Part shown: piece by piece, positions 62,231-64,000 of the stretch
How the letters are laid out: every line of letters starts with the position of its first letter
How positions within the stretch are numbered: the first letter of the stretch is position 1
Origin: Camelus dromedarius
Lineage: Eukaryota
Assembly (NCBI RefSeq): GCF_036321535.1
Contig: NC_087438.1
Span: 5,148,001 to 5,212,000, forward strand
Direction of reading: 5' to 3'
Length of the DNA: 64,000 nucleotides
Translations under genes and position numbers: made by a program
The notes under the pieces: model-generated
Seen by the model: the letters and a program-made list of their open reading frames with translations, nothing else
Database searches by the model: none
Told to the model about the DNA's origin: nothing

Positions 62231-62799
62231 GGGCACTGTTTGGTTGGAATTGGGCTTGCTTCCTGCCAGGAATGGTTCAGAGGGAGAGATTGATGACAGA
62301 AGTGACCAGGAATGAACTGGAGCCTGGAATCCCTGTTGCCTGGAGACAGTTGATGAACAAAAGAATGGTCCAGGTTGTGGGGTTTGCTGATTCATCAGAG
62401 TTAAGAAGTGTTTTTCTTGCAAGTGGTAGAATTTGGTTGTCAAATTTCATGGAAACAAAGAAATTTCTAAATGCATATTCTAAAATCAGACTGTTTCCTT
62501 CATTCCAATTCGGCTTCCATGTGGTTCTGATGCCGAGCACGGTTTCTTCTCATCAGCATCATCCAGCACAGTGATTGCCTATAGAAATCCTTAAGGTGTG
62601 AAAACTATTTCCTGGAGCAAGCGCAGCATTTCAGTTTCTCAGATGAGGGCAGGGACTCCCATCAGGACCACCTGATCACCGGAAGTTCTGCCTGGCCCGT
62701 CTCTTCCGAGATCATTACTCAGACTGCTCTCTTTGTCTCTTAAACACATGTCAGTTAACTTCTTTGCTGCTTCTATGTAATTTCATTTTCCAAAGAGCC

Positions 62800-63050
62800 T
62801 TGCAAATTTTTGAAAGGCATTAAACTGTTTCTCAAAATAGTTAAATTGTGAGATAGTGAAGATTGCTCTAATTGGTTAGTGCCTGATTGATATATGGGAC
62901 AAAATAAAGGGAATTTCATTAATTGTGAAATCAGATTTCTTCTCTTATTACTGGCCTTAAAAATTTAGTACCTCTGGACCGCTCGTCTAATAATTGGCCT
63001 CTTGATTTTTATTGGGCAGGTTTATTATGTAATATGTCCACTGGAAGATG
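62800..63050. promoter_or_regulatory. Enhancer-like homeodomain motif cluster
   Basis: CTAATTGG, TGATTGAT (62884-62891), ATTAATTG, TAATTGG, TTTTATTGG in unique DNA. Confidence 0.4.
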
Positions 63051-64000
63051 GAAGGGAGTATTTTTAACTTTGTACATTCGCTCTGGAGTTTCAGCAGCCT
63101 GGGGCGGATTGCTGTTTCCTTCCTGGCTCGCAGCACTGCGTCACGCCATCAGGAAGCATGCTGATCCATCACAGACACGTGCTTAGACTTGGAAGACACT
63201 AGAGATTTTTCAAATGTGATCACGATGGCCCCAAATGAGGACTGGGGCTTTAACTCTTATTTTCTTGATCAGCTGAAACAGTGTGTGTGAAGCCCACCCT
63301 CTGGAAACCTTTGTAAATTGTCATTTCTTGAAACTTTGCTTCTTTTGCAAATGCCGTCTTTTTTGGGTGAGACCTGGGCTAAAAGTAGACTCACAGGATG
63401 TATCTGATGGCTGCTTCTGGTCCCCACGGAAGGCGAGTGGACTCGGGGAGGAAACCCCTGCCATCCCGAACGACACACAGGAGACCTTAGCCCAAAAGGT
63501 TAAACCCAGCTTCTCTGGGCTGCATCTTCTAAAACCCTGCACAATAGTTCTGCCGGCAAGTCTCATGTATTTTTGGTCTAATCAGGTGTGCCTTCTTAGA
63601 ATTTGTTAAAGAGAAAAGAGATAGCACTCCTATCAGGATCTGAGTAACACTTTTAATTCTATTTAATTAACTAACGTATTTTTGCTGCTGTTGTTAAACG
63701 GTAGGTCATTAGAGATATGGTTCCCAAACCATGTGCTAAGGCACCCCAGGATATTTTAAATTTTCAAGGGGCATTCCTTTTGTTGTCAAGCTGGGTTAGG
63801 GGCATTGTTGTGACCAAAAAAAAAAACTGTAGTCTGTGGAAATCAAGAGAGAACAGGAAATGTGAATGGTGGTGTTGAATCAGAATAATCCGGGGTTTGT
63901 ACAGTTAAGCAGCGCTCAGCAAGCACACTGACCTCTGAAGGCCCAGAGTAAGTCCCAGAGTAAGTGGCTATTTAAGAATGAAATAAAAATATAATATTTT

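Noticed and set aside
1..64000. Prokaryotic systems (CRISPR, operons), rRNA, snRNA/snoRNA genes, processed pseudogenes
   Set aside because: Sequence is mammalian; no regularly spaced repeats, recognisable structural RNA, or mRNA-derived segment was seen by eye. An Rfam/BLAST search could still find diverged cases

Overview
Mammalian (eutherian) genomic DNA, most likely camelid. The evidence is three tRNA-Ala-derived SINE copies of the Vic-1 type plus young L1 3' ends, and I saw no Alu, B1, Bov-tA, PRE-1 or Can-SINE. The window reads as intronic or intergenic. A large part is recognisable interspersed repeat: young and ancient L1, L2, MIR, MLT1 solo LTRs and hAT-Charlie MITEs. The unique blocks between them include homeodomain/FOX/POU motif-dense enhancer-like segments, a small CpG-rich patch and a CTCF-like site. 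I cannot assign any ORF in the track to a known protein except L1 ORF2 remnants, so no host gene is named and no CDS is called with confidence. The best leads are two twin-primed (5'-inverted) L1 insertions, several sharply bounded CpG/GC-rich patches inside old AT-rich repeats, a candidate 12-nt microexon (+), and a candidate minus-strand exon pair around a canonical-looking 86-nt intron. I found no convincing novel biological system. Repeat family names come from remembered consensus sequences, and boundaries are approximate.
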